From the NCBI RefSeq assembly GCF_009914755.1, contig NC_060929.1: a stretch of 64,000 nucleotides of DNA. One strand, 5' to 3'. Position 1 is the first letter of the stretch. Every line of letters begins with the position of its first letter. Source of the DNA: the human T2T-CHM13v2.0 reference genome, Homo sapiens. A program made the translations under genes and the position numbers. Positions 1 to 12,661 of this stretch are shown here, one piece after another. Under the pieces are notes generated by a model. It made no database searches. It was not told the DNA's origin and worked only from the letters and a program-made list of their open reading frames with translations.

Positions 1-19
1 CTTTCCTCAAACTTCTAAT

Positions 20-420
20 CTGAGAGTAGGGAAAACAGTGATTAAGAAAATAATTTCATGACTAACTGAAGTTAAAGTTAATAGCAGAGGTAAGTACCAG
101 AGCCCTAGGTGTGGAGAGGTCCAGGAAAGGTTTTGCTGAGAAGAGTGGTGCTTTTTCTCAAACAGGAAGGGAGAGAGGGAATTAATTGGATAAAGAGGGT
201 GTACTGGGGTGCAGATGGAAAGAGCTCTGCAGAAAAGGCCCAGTGACAGGAGAGGGCAGGAGGTATATGAGGAACCGAATGAAGCCAGTGTGGCCGGAGA
301 AGAAAGGGGACAGACTGGAGTGTCGTGCTGCTGGAGAGGTGGGCAGGGACAGGCCAGCAGGGCCTTGTGGCCTTGACAAGGGTGTCAGTCTCAGTCTTTC
401 TCTGAAGAGCAATGGGCAGC
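20..420 (-). mobile_element. L2 LINE remnant, interrupted by L1 at ~421
   Basis: Purine-rich antisense-L2-like text (gaagccagtgtggccggaga...ggccttgtggcc...gagcaatgggcagc) that resumes at ~901 (ggaagccactaagggattt). Confidence 0.55.
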
Positions 421-898
421 ATGTGTATGCGTGTTCATGGCGGCATTATTCATTGCAGCCAAAAAGTAGAAACAACCCACAGGCCCATCAATATGAATGG
501 ATAAACACAACGCGAGCTCTTTGTACAATGGAATATTATTCAGCCATAGAGACGAATGAAACACCGGTACATGCTGCAGCATGGACAAGCCTTGAACACA
601 TGCTGCTAAGTGAACAAAGTCAGATGCAAAAGGCCACATAGGATTCCATTATGTGGATGTCCAGAATGGGCAAATCCGTAGAGATAGAAGGTGGATGAAT
701 GGCAGGGGCTGGGGGTGGGAGGTGGGGAATGGGGACTGCTAACTGGTGTGAAGTTTCTTTTTGGGGGTGATGAAAATGTTCTGGAATTAGATAGTGGGGA
801 TAGTTGCATGTGTCTGCAAATATACTAAAAACCTCTGAATTGTACACTTTAAAAGGGTGAGTATTATAGAATGTGAATTATATCTGAAAAGTAAAGTG
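421..898 (+). mobile_element. Old L1 3' end (L1MB/L1ME-like)
   Basis: Diagnostic L1 3' text: gcagccaaaaagtagaaacaaccc, tgaatggataaac, caatggaatattattcagcc, gatgaaaatgttctggaattagatagtgg, gaattgtacactttaaaagggtga. Confidence 0.85.
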
Positions 899-1599
899 TT
901 TGGAAGCCACTAAGGGATTTGGCTTTGCAGGGATGGAGTCCATGAGCGGGGAAGAAGTTCAGTGGGATGTTGGAAGGATGGGATGAGACAGTAAAGCTGG
1001 GCTGCATGTATTGTGAACCTCCCTCAATGGAGGCAGCCCTCACAATGATCAGCAGTTGAGGGTGGCAGGGGGTGTACCACAGGGGAAGCAGGAGCAACAG
1101 AAAGGATCTGGACAGAATCGGATGCCTCGGGCCAGGGTGGCTGGAGGAGCCTGCCGCAGGCTGTGAGTGCTGCATAGGTGTCTGGGAACCCTCTGCTCTA
1201 GTGCTTGTGCCACACCCACCGGGAAGGCTGTCAGGCCAGCATCCTTCAGCAGTAGCCAGAATTAAAGCACCAGGGGCTACAAAGCACCCACCAGAGCCCC
1301 ACGGGAGGGCCTGACCACCCAGCTCAGCCTCTGCCCCGGTGCCTCTGGGGACAGGAATGAGGTTACCCCCGCCGCCCAGCTCCAGTCAATGGGGGTGGTG
1401 TCTCAGGGACTCCCCATCCAGGGGCTCATTTGGGTGAGCTCAGCTGTCTATCTGCCCAAGCATATCAGCTGCTTCCTCTGGGACTCTGCAGGACTTGCCC
1501 GGGATCATCCCAGCCCTTCCATGGTGCTTAATGTTCCTGAGGCTTGACCATCAGTAATGACAGTAATGGTAAAACAAACAAACAAAAAACCTAAGCAGC

Positions 1600-1750
1600 C
1601 TGCATTTATTGAGCCCTTGCTATGTATGTATCAGGCACTGTGTAAAACCCTACACATGTATTCCTTCATGAAATTCTCTCAATGTCCTGAAGGGGATGGG
1701 ACCATTCCCTTCATTTTGCAGGTGGTAAAACAGGCTCAGAGAGGTTAAAT
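1600..1750 (-). mobile_element. MIR
   Basis: atttattgagc...caggcactgtg...cattttgcaggtggtaaaacaggctcagagaggttaa is the reverse MIR core. Confidence 0.7.
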
Positions 1751-1801
1751 ATTAGCCTAATACATGCCCTCCTTGCCAATTGTTTTCTCTAGTTCAATTT
1801 A

Positions 1802-2157
1802 TTTTTCTTTCTTTCTTTCTTTCTTCCTTCCTTCTTTCCTTCCTTCCTTCCTTCCTTTCTTTTTTTCTTTTTTTTTTTTTCGGGGTCTGGCTCTGTGGCC
1901 CAGGCTGGAGTGCAGTGCCATGATCTCGGCTTACTGCAGCCTTACCTCCCAGGCTCAATTAATTCTCCCACCTCAGCCTCCTGAGTAGCTGGGATTACAG
2001 GTGTGCGCCACCATGCCCGGCTAATTTTTGTATTTTTAGTAGAGGCAGGGTTTCACCATGTTGGCCAGGCTGGTCTTGAACTCCTGATCTCAGGTGATCT
2101 GCCCTCCTCTACCTCCCAAAGTGCTGGGATTATAGGCGTGAGCCACCACACCTGGCC
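1802..2157 (-). mobile_element. Alu (AluS-like) with (TTTC/TTCC)n tail
   Basis: Reverse Alu dimer ending ...gagccaccacacctggcc. Confidence 0.92.
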
Positions 2158-2289
2158 CAGTTCTATACTTTTCTGTAAAAAGTAAACAAGTTGCCCAAAT
2201 CCTTGTCTCTACTTTCAGCTGGGAAACTGGCCTGGGCAGCTCAAACCATTAGATCTGGAGAGGGAGAGGGTGCTGAGTCTGCTCAGTGA

Positions 2290-2485
2290 TGTGGCAGTAG
2301 TGGATCAAAAATATCTGTTTGGAGGTCAGACAGGCCTAGATTCACTGCTGTGCAATTTTGAGTAAGTTCCTTGACTTCTCTGATCCTCATTTTTCTTATC
2401 TGAAAAATGCAGCAAATAGAATGATAGAATTATTGTGAGAACCCAAACCCAGTAGAGTGCTAGGACAGTGCCAGTCACATAGTAT
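2290..2485 (+). mobile_element. MIR
   Basis: ctgtgcaattttgagtaagttccttgacttctctgatcctcatttttcttatctgaaaaatg core. Confidence 0.6.
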
Positions 2486-2668
2486 GGGCTGTGGTACTAG
2501 CAGATGCAGTCATTGCCTTTAGTACAAAAGATGTACTTGGGAGGTGACGAGCATCCAGCAATGGGGACGAGAGCCAGGTGGATGGGAACAGGATAAACAG
2601 CCTCTCTGGATCCAGTCTGTCTACCTTCTCACCCTGACCATTTCTGTGTCACTCCCCATGTGTTTCAG

Positions 2669-2878
2669 GTCATAGCCGCGTACCCTTTTGTGGCCAGAAG
2701 CAGCCATGAAGTGAGCCTGCAGGCAGGCCAGCCTGTGACCATCCTGGAGGCCCAGGACAAGAAGGGGAACCCTGAGTGGAGCCTGGTGGAAGTGAATGGA
2801 CAGAGGGGTTATGTGCCTTCTGGCTTCTTGGCCAGGGCTCGGAGCCCAGTTCTGTGGGGCTGGAGTCTGCCCTCTTAG
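2669..2878 (+). CDS. ARHGEF37: Last coding exon of Rho guanine nucleotide exchange factor 37 (C-terminal SH3 domain); upstream exons lie outside the window
   Basis: Pyrimidine-rich acceptor ...tgtgtttcag|GTC (phase 0). Translation [69 protein letters not shown] has SH3 hallmarks (A-Y-F, E-S, W, GYVP) and the DxxGNxEW signature of the Tuba/DNMBP-ARHGEF37/38 family. I recognise it as the ARHGEF37 C-terminus. Confidence 0.92.
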   Translation, partial: VIAAYPFVARSSHEVSLQAGQPVTILEAQDKKGNPEWSLVEVNGQRGYVPSGFLARARSPVLWGWSLPS

Positions 2879-4789
2879 GGTACCCTCTTTGGAGCCTACA
2901 TTGCCAAATGATGGGGGAGGCTTAGAGGCTCTGACCCTGGGGGGAAAAGAAGCAAAGGAAAGGTGGAGGTGGAAGGGAAGACCAGGCCAGGGTGGGTGAA
3001 GCACACTCAGGAGGCAGCCAGAAGACATGGGCGGGCCTCGCAGAGTGCTTGGTGTGGTGGGGGCACAGGAGGCTCCAGCCAGGACTGCTCATTATGTCTG
3101 CATAAAGAACTCATTCCGACCTGGGGTCACAATGCACTTGGACAGCAGGTCACAGCTGATTGGCCAGGACTCTCCATAGGTTATGGCCAGTCTTAGCTGT
3201 GCCTGCATCCGGGCCTGCCTGTGGGCGTGGGTCACACGGGATAATGTTACCTGCGTGCTGTGTGGTTGCAGGAAGCGGGTTCTGGAGGAGTCCAGAACTG
3301 CCTGGTCAGACAGTTCACTTCCTACACATGGTATCAGGAGACATCATAACCAATGAGTCAGCTTTTATTTCTCTATGCTGGAAGCTGAGTTTATCTTGGG
3401 CAGTGACCCACTGGGAGCCCTCTCAAGTGGGGAAGCCATGGATTTATCGGTGTAGCAGAGAGGTTCCCAAGACTCTTGACTGGTCCTGGGAGTGGGTGTG
3501 ACCAAGTCATAGTTCTGGAATGTGTGTAGGCAAATTCAGAGGCTGTTCCAGGGAAGAGGGGATTTTGATACTGTGTTAGGTGGGGTGTGTGAGGCTGTTG
3601 GCAGCAGGTGAACAGCTACTGCTGTGTTCTCAGGACTAGGGAACAAAGGGGTATGCAAATCATAGAGGAAACTCTGGGAAGGCGGTGATAAGGCCTGGTG
3701 GGTGGGGAGGTTAGGGAATGGCTTGCTTTCCTGTTTCTGGTTAGAAGGGGAGCCAGGGGGAACCCCCAGTGGTTTCAGGTGGCCCCTGAGGTCCTGGAGG
3801 CAGCCGTGGATGTGATGCAATTGGCTGTGGGACCTTAGATGTAGGACACAACTTCAGTGTTCCCATCCAGAAAGACCTCACTCACAGGGTTGTGCTGAGA
3901 ATGACGTGGGGCTAAGCATGCAGAGCTCCCTGTAAACTGTGAAGTGTGATACAAATGTAAATGACAGCAGTGATCTCGGGGTGGCCCCCGGCATGCTGCC
4001 CTCCCCCACGCCCATGCCTGTGGCAGCAAACCTTGTTCATCAGTATAGCTTTCTTTCCTGTAACCCAGGATCTACCTTGGGGGGCTTCTCAATACTGCAT
4101 TCTATGTAGCCAGCCTCTTTAACTTGGTAAGTGAGCCACCCCATTCTAGAACCTGGAAATTGGAGCCCCTCAAAAACAGTTCCTGTTCAAGGAGGACTGA
4201 CCTGCTGGGGCAATGTTGGGTGCAGTGCAGTCCCTGCTTGGGGTGGTCATGTCTAGGCTGTTGCTCTGGGCAAAGATAAGTTGCAAGATTCACAGAAATG
4301 GGAAAATGTGACCAAGTGTGATCTTAACAACTGACAAAGTTTGTAACCAACCCAAGTTAGAATGTGTGTCAAACAGGAGGTAGTTTAGATATGCTTCCAA
4401 GAACATGTCTGTGTTATAACCATAGTGCCTAAGCAGTGAGCTCTGGTTTTTGAAGGGCTTTTAAGAAATATATACATGTCTGTGTCAGTCTATAACTTGC
4501 CTCCTCTGGGCCTGTTAAAGCATGAAGACTGCATGACACAAGAGAAATGCAAGCCCTACGGTTCCTTTCTCAGCAGCGAATTCACTTGAGAGGATGCTCT
4601 TGACTCATTCTCTCTGCTCTTTCCTGCTCAGATTTCTGATAAAAATAGAGAGCATAGGGGAACAGATAATGAAATAGGAAACCCACTCGTGGGTTCCACA
4701 GATACCTACCGAAGGCCTACTGTGTGCTAGAATTGTAGCTCAGGAGTTCTCAGTGTAGCTGCTCACTGAAGTTACCATGGCAGGTTTCA

Positions 4790-4924
4790 ACTGGCAGAAT
4801 CCAGGCTCCGTCCCACCCAGAGATTCTGATGAAATTGGTTTAGGGTGTGGCTCGGGCCTCAGGAATTCAGAAAGCTTCCCAGGTGCTTCCAATGTGCAGC
4901 CAGGGTTAGGGACCTCTACCCTAG
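4790..4924. mobile_element. MER5A-like hAT-Charlie MITE fragment inside the 3'UTR
   Basis: cccacccagagattctgatgaaattggtttagggtgtggc...aagcttcccaggtgcttccaatgtgcagccagggttaggg. Confidence 0.7.
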
Positions 4925-5631
4925 ACACAAAGTATTGGACAGATAGACCTGGTGCCAGAGATGGCCATGAGCTGTAAGCTAGGACGTGCCCCACCTGAGC
5001 TCTGCACTAGCTAGTTCAAACAGGCGCTTTAAAGGCAGTGTGAAAGGGGACAGCCTGTTCTGCCAGGTCTCAGAATGTATATTTATTAAGTGCCATTAAA
5101 AGGGACCTGAACAAAATTGGATGTCTTGTAGGCATAAGGGAGGAAAATAAAATATACTTGGAACCAAGTCTATGTCATGAAGGGAAAATAAAAATGTATT
5201 CAGTAGCACGTGGGTTATGGTTTCTCATAGACCAGGGGATAAGATTAAAAGTCACTGAAGAGTGGGAAAATGCATGTTGAGAAGATGAGAATGGCCTGTA
5301 TTTTCTCCAGGGGAATCTGTGTAATGTGCCTTTTCCCTCTCCAAATGCCTAGAACCATGGCACTGTGTCTTATTTATTTAACCGTTGGGCTGTCTCATAC
5401 TAAACTTGCAAAGATATTTGCCTATGAACTGAACAAGACTTCCAGGAGTTGAAGTCTGGTTCACAAGGGTACCCCTTGCCTCCTGTGATGGAGTGAGAAC
5501 TCTTAAACCCCTCAGGCCCCAACTCAGTTGTGGAGATGAGGACAAGATTACAATATCAAAAGAAAGATGAATGAATTCTTGGTTAATATGACGAACCCCA
5601 GCTCAATGAGTAACTGATGTGAACTGCTGGG

Positions 5632-5637
5632 AATAAA
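5632..5637 (+). terminator. Distal polyadenylation signal AATAAA (likely main ARHGEF37 PAS)
   Basis: gAATAAAgga followed ~30 nt later by GU-rich aatttgtgtg. Confidence 0.6.
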
Positions 5638-5929
5638 GGACTTCAAAGATGGAAAGTCTCTGGAATTTGTGTGACTCTAAACATTGGGTAGCCAGATGCC
5701 CCGCTGTGCCATTTGTTTGCTAGACACTTGCTGTATATAAAAATAATATCTTGTTTGCTCAGGTGTCCATTTAATGGACACCCTTCACGCCTCAGGGAGC
5801 TGGCCTGAGCTGCTGGGGGATACAGAAAGAAATCAGACAGATGAGGCCCGGTCTTCCAGATCCCAGTCTCTAAGGCAGGCAGATGAGGCACCCATCAATT
5901 ACGTGCCGTGTAAGTGTCAGGATGAAGTA

Positions 5930-6590
5930 ATGGCAGGTGCCACGCAAGCCAGGGAAGAGGCCTACCTCTGTCTCAGACTTGGCGGCCAAGGAAGGCTTCC
6001 TGGAAGAGGTGATATCCAAGCTGAGGCCCAGTGGGTGGTTAGGTGAAGATGGCAGAGAGAGAACATTTGGAGGCCCAGAAGTGCAGCAAACATGGAAAGG
6101 AGCCTTGGATTTTATTCTGAGGGCAGTGGGGGAGGCATGAAAGGGTTTGAAACAGAGGAGTGATGTGCTCAGGGTTGTACTTTGGGAAGATCACTAGGCT
6201 CTGACTGTGTGCCTGTTGCGCCCACAGGCAACTGCATGCTCCTTGAGGCTGAGAACTTCTGATTCATCCCAGAATCTCCCTAAGCCTTTGTCATGTGCCT
6301 CAAGTACTAGATGTTCAATACATATTGCTTAGTAAGCATCCCAGAGAGGATAGGAACACCAAAGCCTTGCCTTCAAGGACTCTCCTGGCCGACTGGAGAG
6401 TCAGACATCAAGCAGTTATCTGGCCCTACAGGAAAAGATGCCCTCAGCCCCAGAGGGGTGCTATGGACCAGGCATATAGGTGCTCAGACAAGGGAGAGAT
6501 TTGGGAAGGCTGAGGTGGCCAGGGGCAGTTTCCTGAGGAAGGTGGTGCAGGTGCTGGGCCTTGTGGGATACATAAGATTGGAGAGAGTAA
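5930..6590 (-). mobile_element. L2 fragments
   Basis: ggaaggcttcctggaagaggtgatatccaagctgagg; ttggattttattctgagggcagtgggggaggcatgaaagggtttgaaacagagg. Confidence 0.65.
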
Positions 6591-6593
6591 TCC

Positions 6594-6902
<309 letters not shown>

Positions 6903-7009
6903 CTATGGGATTACTCTGTCATCTACAGGATGGAGGCCTTCTCAGGCCTGGGAGGCAGTGTGGTGGCATGAAAAGGCCCAGCACTTGGCCTCAGAAAATC
7001 TAAGTCCAC

Positions 7010-7199
7010 ACCAGGCCCCAGTACCTCATGCCTGTAGTCCCAGCTACCCAGGAGGATTTCTTGAGCCCAGGAGGTCGAGGCTGCAGTGAGCTGTGATTGC
7101 GCCGCTACACTCCAGTCTGGGTGACAGACGGAGACCCTGTTTTTATTTATTTATTTATTTATTTATTTTTATTTTTTTAAAAAAGAAAAAGAAAAAAAA
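7010..7199 (+). mobile_element. Alu monomer (FRAM/AluJ right arm) inserted in a MIR
   Basis: Single arm tgcctgtagtcccagctac...gagaccctgt with a (TTTA)n+A tail; TSD-like aaaatctaagtcca/aaaatctgagtcca. Confidence 0.75.
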
Positions 7200-7660
7200 T
7201 CTGAGTCCAAGACCTACTTGGCCATAGGCAAGCAGCAAATGTCTTGACTATGGATGGACCGTGGTTTCTATGTATGAAGACATCTGCTGATGGCCCCCAG
7301 GCTGCTCTGTCCTCCCACTCAGACTCAAAAGTACTCACTGCAGAGTTCTGGCCATCTCAAGGGTGTGGCAGGACAGAGCCTAAAATACCCTGGGCTGGGG
7401 CAAAGGAAAGAGCTGGATTCCACTCTGGCAACATCATGGAATCTGGGATCCTGAATGATTTATTCACTTAACCTTGCTCATTTTTTTTTCTTATCTATAA
7501 TTACCCAACTTACCTTTTCTGTTTTCTCATCTGTAAAATGGATACAATAATTCCTGTTCTCCCAGGGTTGGTAAAAGGATTAAATAAGGGACAATCAGTG
7601 TGCCTGGTGGTAGATGTACCAGGAATATCACTGATATGCATTGATGGCACAGAAGAACTG

Positions 7661-7680
7661 TGACCACCAGGTGGCAGCAG
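7661..7680 (+). promoter_or_regulatory. CTCF consensus motif
   Basis: tgaCCACCAGGTGGCAGCAg matches CCASYAGRKGGCRS. Confidence 0.65.
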
Positions 7681-7834
7681 GGGATCAGCTAAGGGACGGC
7701 TGGGAAGCGCCTTTGGGATCAATGCGAAACGCCCATGGTGCCAGGCAGTTAGTGGAGATGAGAGGAAGGGCCAAGTGAAAGGCATTAGGGGGTGGTGGGG
7801 ACTGTGTTGACCAGAGCATGCACACTCAGTCTAA

Positions 7835-8265
<431 letters not shown>

Positions 8266-9956
8266 TATTTTTATTTTTTGATGTGACATCTTCCATGTGG
8301 AGATCGCGTAGTCCACAACAGTTTGCCTCCTTGCATATTCTGCCTGAATGTGGGTTGAGTGTTCTTGGTGGAGATCTTCTCTGAAGAATTACTTTCGTAT
8401 CTTCGTATTTCCTGTGAAATCCCTTTCTCCATCGTCACTTTAATCATCCCTTCATCAGACATTAATTTCCCTTCCTTAGATCTCTGGGAAGCATTGTTTC
8501 CTTTGTTAATGTTATTATTGTTGTTATTGTCTTCAAATTTTTATTGTCGGTCATATTTTCTGACCCACTAGACAGGCTCCCCATAATACTAGCATACAAG
8601 GTTCTTCGGAGAATTAAATGAGATGCTGACATAAACCACTTAGCCAAGCACCCAGCCCATTAGTGCTCAATAAACCTACTTGTCATTATTATAGGGACTT
8701 CCGAGGAGATGCGTGAAGTTTAGAGGAAGGTTTGCAGGGCCTGTCTGCCTCCCTCTATGTGGGATGCTGATGAGGCCACTCTCCTATGTAGAAGAAGGCC
8801 CCTTGTCCTGGGTCCTGAGGGCTTAGCTGGGGTTGGGCACAGCTCTTCACTCAGGGGCTGCTGTCACACCCCACAGGCATTCCTGGGGCTTTCCTTCCTC
8901 TCCCATCCCTGGTGCTGCCAGGCTGGGGCAGTGCTCGTAGGCACAAGCACCTGAGGGTTTCCCCGCCTCTCTCCAGCTGTAGGGTGTTCTGGCATCCACT
9001 GCATCTGCACAAGGACAAGCCGGGCAGGTAACCAGGCAATAAGCAGGCACACTGGATACTGATGGAGCAGTTCCTGTGGTTATAGGCTCAGGGCGCTTTG
9101 CAGCCAGGAGCATCCTTTTAGGTGTTTCTAGGGGACGCAGCAGCTTTGGGGCCCAAGAGTCTGCTGGAGGCTTCAGTAGAAGCTTAAGGAGTGAAAAGAA
9201 GTGGGGATCAGTTTGCCCTCATAGACTGTCACTTATGACTGGGCTCAGGAGCACTAGCTGCTGGCCTTCAGTTAATCCTGGAGGTCTCAGGCAGGACATC
9301 TCAGCGTCTAGGACATCTCAGAGTGCTTCTGGGTTTCCCATCTTGGGCCTGTCTGCCTGTCATTGGTCCTCTAGGGTCTGGATATCCTCAGGGCCTGTGA
9401 GTGGAAACTGAGTTGTAAGCAGCGGCTGCCGGTTTGGGACAGCCCTGACCCTCAGGCAGGCTGGCCCGGGGGAAACCCAGGACTGGCGCCCTCCCATCTT
9501 GAGCAGCTCCTATCTCCAGAGGTGGGCTGTTTGCTTCCTTGCCATCATGTTTGTTCCCTGCCTTGCTCTGCTCTGTGCTGCAGGGAACTCCATCTCCCCG
9601 GCTCCCCTCCCCTCTGGTTGCCTGGTAGGTTTGGCCAATGGGAGGCACTGGCAGGTGGGAGAAATGCCTCAGTTTCCCCCCTCTCTGCTTCAGGTAGCAT
9701 CTCTGACAGTGGCCGGTCTCCTCTGTGGTCCCAGCTCCCACTGGACAGCCCCTCCCTTGTGGTCCCACGTCCCATCAAACAGGCCTGGCTGTGCTTCCAG
9801 TTTCTGTCTGGTGACACCAGATCCTAGACACTAGGATCTTCCCCGCATCCCTCCAGTGGAGGGGTTGTAATGTCTTTTTGCTATTGTTCATCTCTGGGGT
9901 GCTTCTCAGATCTTTCACCTGTGTAACCTACTCCCCAGAATGAATTCCTTCTGTTC

Positions 9957-10255
9957 TTTTTAAAAATTTTTAGATGGAGTCTCGCTCTGTCACCCAGGCT
10001 GGAGTGCAGTGGCATGATCTCTGCTTACTGCAACCTTCAGCTCCTTCAGGTTCAAGCAATTCTCCTGCCTCGGGCTCCTGAGTAGCTGGGATTACAGGTG
10101 CCCGCCGCCATTCCTGGCTAATTTTTGTATTTTTAGTAGAGACAGGGTTTCACCATGTTGGCCGGGTTGGTCTCGAATTCCTGACCTCAGGAATTCCTGA
10201 CCACCTAGGCCTCCCAAAGTGCAAAGATTACAGGTGTGAGCCACCGCGCTCAGCC
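9957..10255 (-). mobile_element. Alu (AluS-like)
   Basis: Reverse Alu; TSD aattccttctgttct on both sides. Confidence 0.92.
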
Positions 10256-11619
10256 CAAATTCCTTCTGTTCTAATGCATAGAGTAGTTTCTGCTTTCTGA
10301 CTGGACAGCAAAATACCACTCAGAAGCCAGGGCTGCAGGGAGGGGCTGGGTCTTGGTGCTATGGGATCCCTGGCACCTCCCTGGTACCTGGTCCCTCAGG
10401 CAGCCCAGCCCTTGGGGAACAATGGAAATCATCTCTAGGTCTGTCTGCACCTTCCCTGGTTCAGGGGGCTGTCAGCCATTCCTACATGGAGCTCTTGGAA
10501 TGTCTTCAGTCCCAGAAGAACTGAGCTGGTCATGCTCCAGTATCAGTGGCTGTGGTAGTCTGCTGAGCTGCCCCAGTCTTGGCTGGCTGAGACCATTACT
10601 GCCAGGCCCAGAGCAGACAAACACAGAGGAAATCCAAGGGCACTGTGTCAGTGCAGAGCCAGGGTTTGGGGAAGGGCCAGGCCCTACAGCCCTGGGGGAG
10701 GGGAGGAGGAAACACAATTTTCTAGCCATGATGCCTCAGCAGCATGTGTCTGGCCCCTACTCAGAAGGGGCAGTGAGCCCCAGGTTTGGGAAATGGGAAG
10801 TGGGATGGGGCTTCTGGCCAGGGCAGAAGCTGCTGGTCTTGGGGTCTCAGGGCTCCTGGGCACATCAGTAGAGCCTCTGGTGTGGGAATAGAGCAGCACG
10901 TTAATAGCAATAACTGCAGCATCTATTCACTACTCACAAGGCTGTTTGAGGTTAAACGAGGGAATCCACTTTACAGGACTAATTCAATGCCTGGCACATA
11001 GGAAGCTCTCAAGAGCTGCAAGCTAAAAGACCAAACACAAGTCTCAACAGCAGCCAGCTGCCATGGGCCTCACGCTGTTGGGCTGTCATGAGACTAGTGG
11101 TCTGGATGGAGCCCCAGGCCTCTCCCCTGGGGCAGGGCTGGAATTGGGGACACAGATCCAGCTAGAAGAGGGCCGAGTCAGGTGAAGGATCACGGGAGTT
11201 GGGAGGGCATGGTGATTCTGGGGCACACTCCCCAGGGATGTGGGGGAGGCAGCAGGTGTCCATCAGGCAGTTGGAGCTGCCGTGGGACACGGGAATGGGC
11301 ATCTCCTAGTGTCCAGGCAGGTCAGAGGTCAGAGCCAGGTCAGACTGTGGGCAGCAGGGTTTCAATCTTTGGTTGGGGTTCAAGCACTAAGCTCTGGGGA
11401 AGGAGAGATCAGGCCGATGAAAGATACAGAGATCATAGCAGGAGGCAGCATTGAGAACTGGGCACAGGGTTAGAGTATGACTGTCAGTGCAAGGGACTTT
11501 GTATTGGGCTCTGGTGGCTGCCCTAGAGCTGCTTAAAACCCTCCCATATGAGGACAGCATGGTTTTAGGGAGCCATGTGGGGCCAGACTTGGGAGAGTGT
11601 CTTGGGATGAAGAGGTGGG

Positions 11620-11870
11620 GTGGTAGCCAGAAGGCCAGACTTCCCATGCAAAATACCCTCGTTCAAATCCTGTCCCCACACTTACCAGCTGTGTGGCCGC
11701 CTTCAAACAAGTTGCTTCATCTCTCTGACGCCTCACTTTCCTCACTTTCCTCCTTGTGGGCAAACCAGGAAAGAGTCCTGCCGATGGGGTTGTTGGGATG
11801 TGGACACAGGATACATCACGGGAGACTTTGGCACTCTGTCAGGCACATAAAAGTGCTTAATAACAACTTG
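11620..11870 (+). mobile_element. MIR
   Basis: gttcaaatcctgtccccacacttaccagctgtgtggcc...gcacataaaagtgcttaataa. Confidence 0.6.
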
Positions 11871-12371
11871 ATCCTTGGCCACACAAGCCAGTTTTGATCC
11901 CTCCCCCGCCCTTCCCCGTATTTCTTCCAAGTGTTGCAGGCAGCGACCCCACACTCACACCCGCTGTGCCTTCAGCTTTCTCCCTAATGCCCATGGCTCT
12001 GACCCTTCACCGCCGGGAATTCTGAAAAATACCCCATGGCTGCCTGAGTTCTTTCAAAACTGAAAGCAAGTAGATGTCTTAAGAGGCCAAAGGTTGTTCC
12101 CCTGGGAACGTAACTGTAACCATGTCCTCAAATACTCTCTGGCGATCAGTCGGCCATCTTGAGTTACTGCAGGCTCCAGGCGCCTCCCCGGTCTGCTGAT
12201 GGTGCGGTTGCAGCTGATTGGCCGGCGTGTGGGAGTGCACCTTCCCCCTACTTTTTTGTTTTTTAATTTTTTAATCATCTTTCTAAATGCTTTTATTTTC
12301 ATTTTTCATCCTCCCTGCTCCCCGAAAAAGTCATGGGTCAGAACAGCAACCATAAAATACAAATGCAAACA

Positions 12372-12661
12372 CAGACCAGGCACAGTGGTTCACACCTAAA
12401 GTCTCAGCACTTTGAGAGGCCAAGACGGGAGGATTGCTTGAGTCCAGGAGTTCGAGACCAGCCTGGGCAACATGGTGAAACCCCGTCTCTCCAAAAAAAT
12501 ACAAAAATTAGCTGAGTATGGTGGCACATGCCTTTGGTACCAGCTACTCGGGAGGCTGAGGCAGGAGGATCACTTGAGCCTGCTGAGGCTGAGGCTGCAG
12601 TGAGCTGAGATCTCACCACTGCACTCACCAGTTTGGGTGACAGAGTGAGAAAAAAAAAAAG
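12372..12661 (+). mobile_element. Alu (AluJ-like)
   Basis: gaccaggcacagtggttcacacc...ggaggatcacttgagcc...A tail. Confidence 0.9.

Larger units (their letters stand above)
2879..5660 (+). other. ARHGEF37: ARHGEF37 3'UTR (3' end inferred)
   Basis: Repeat-poor unique sequence after the TAG stop, ending in clustered poly(A) signals (ATTAAA 5095, AATAAA 5146, 5187, 5632). Confidence 0.7.

Noticed and set aside
186-641. 151-aa ORF with TMEYYSAI
   Set aside because: Chimeric reading of L2 and the decayed C-terminus of L1 ORF2; not a gene.
2660-2668. ORF-track start (GTG TTT CAG) of the SH3 peptide as a standalone 72-aa gene
   Set aside because: These bases are the intron's 3' splice acceptor; the exon starts at 2669.
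10353-10871. 172-aa ORF in unique GC-rich DNA
   Set aside because: Non-ATG start, no recognisable domain, Trp/Ser/Gly composition typical of chance ORFs, and no splice evidence.
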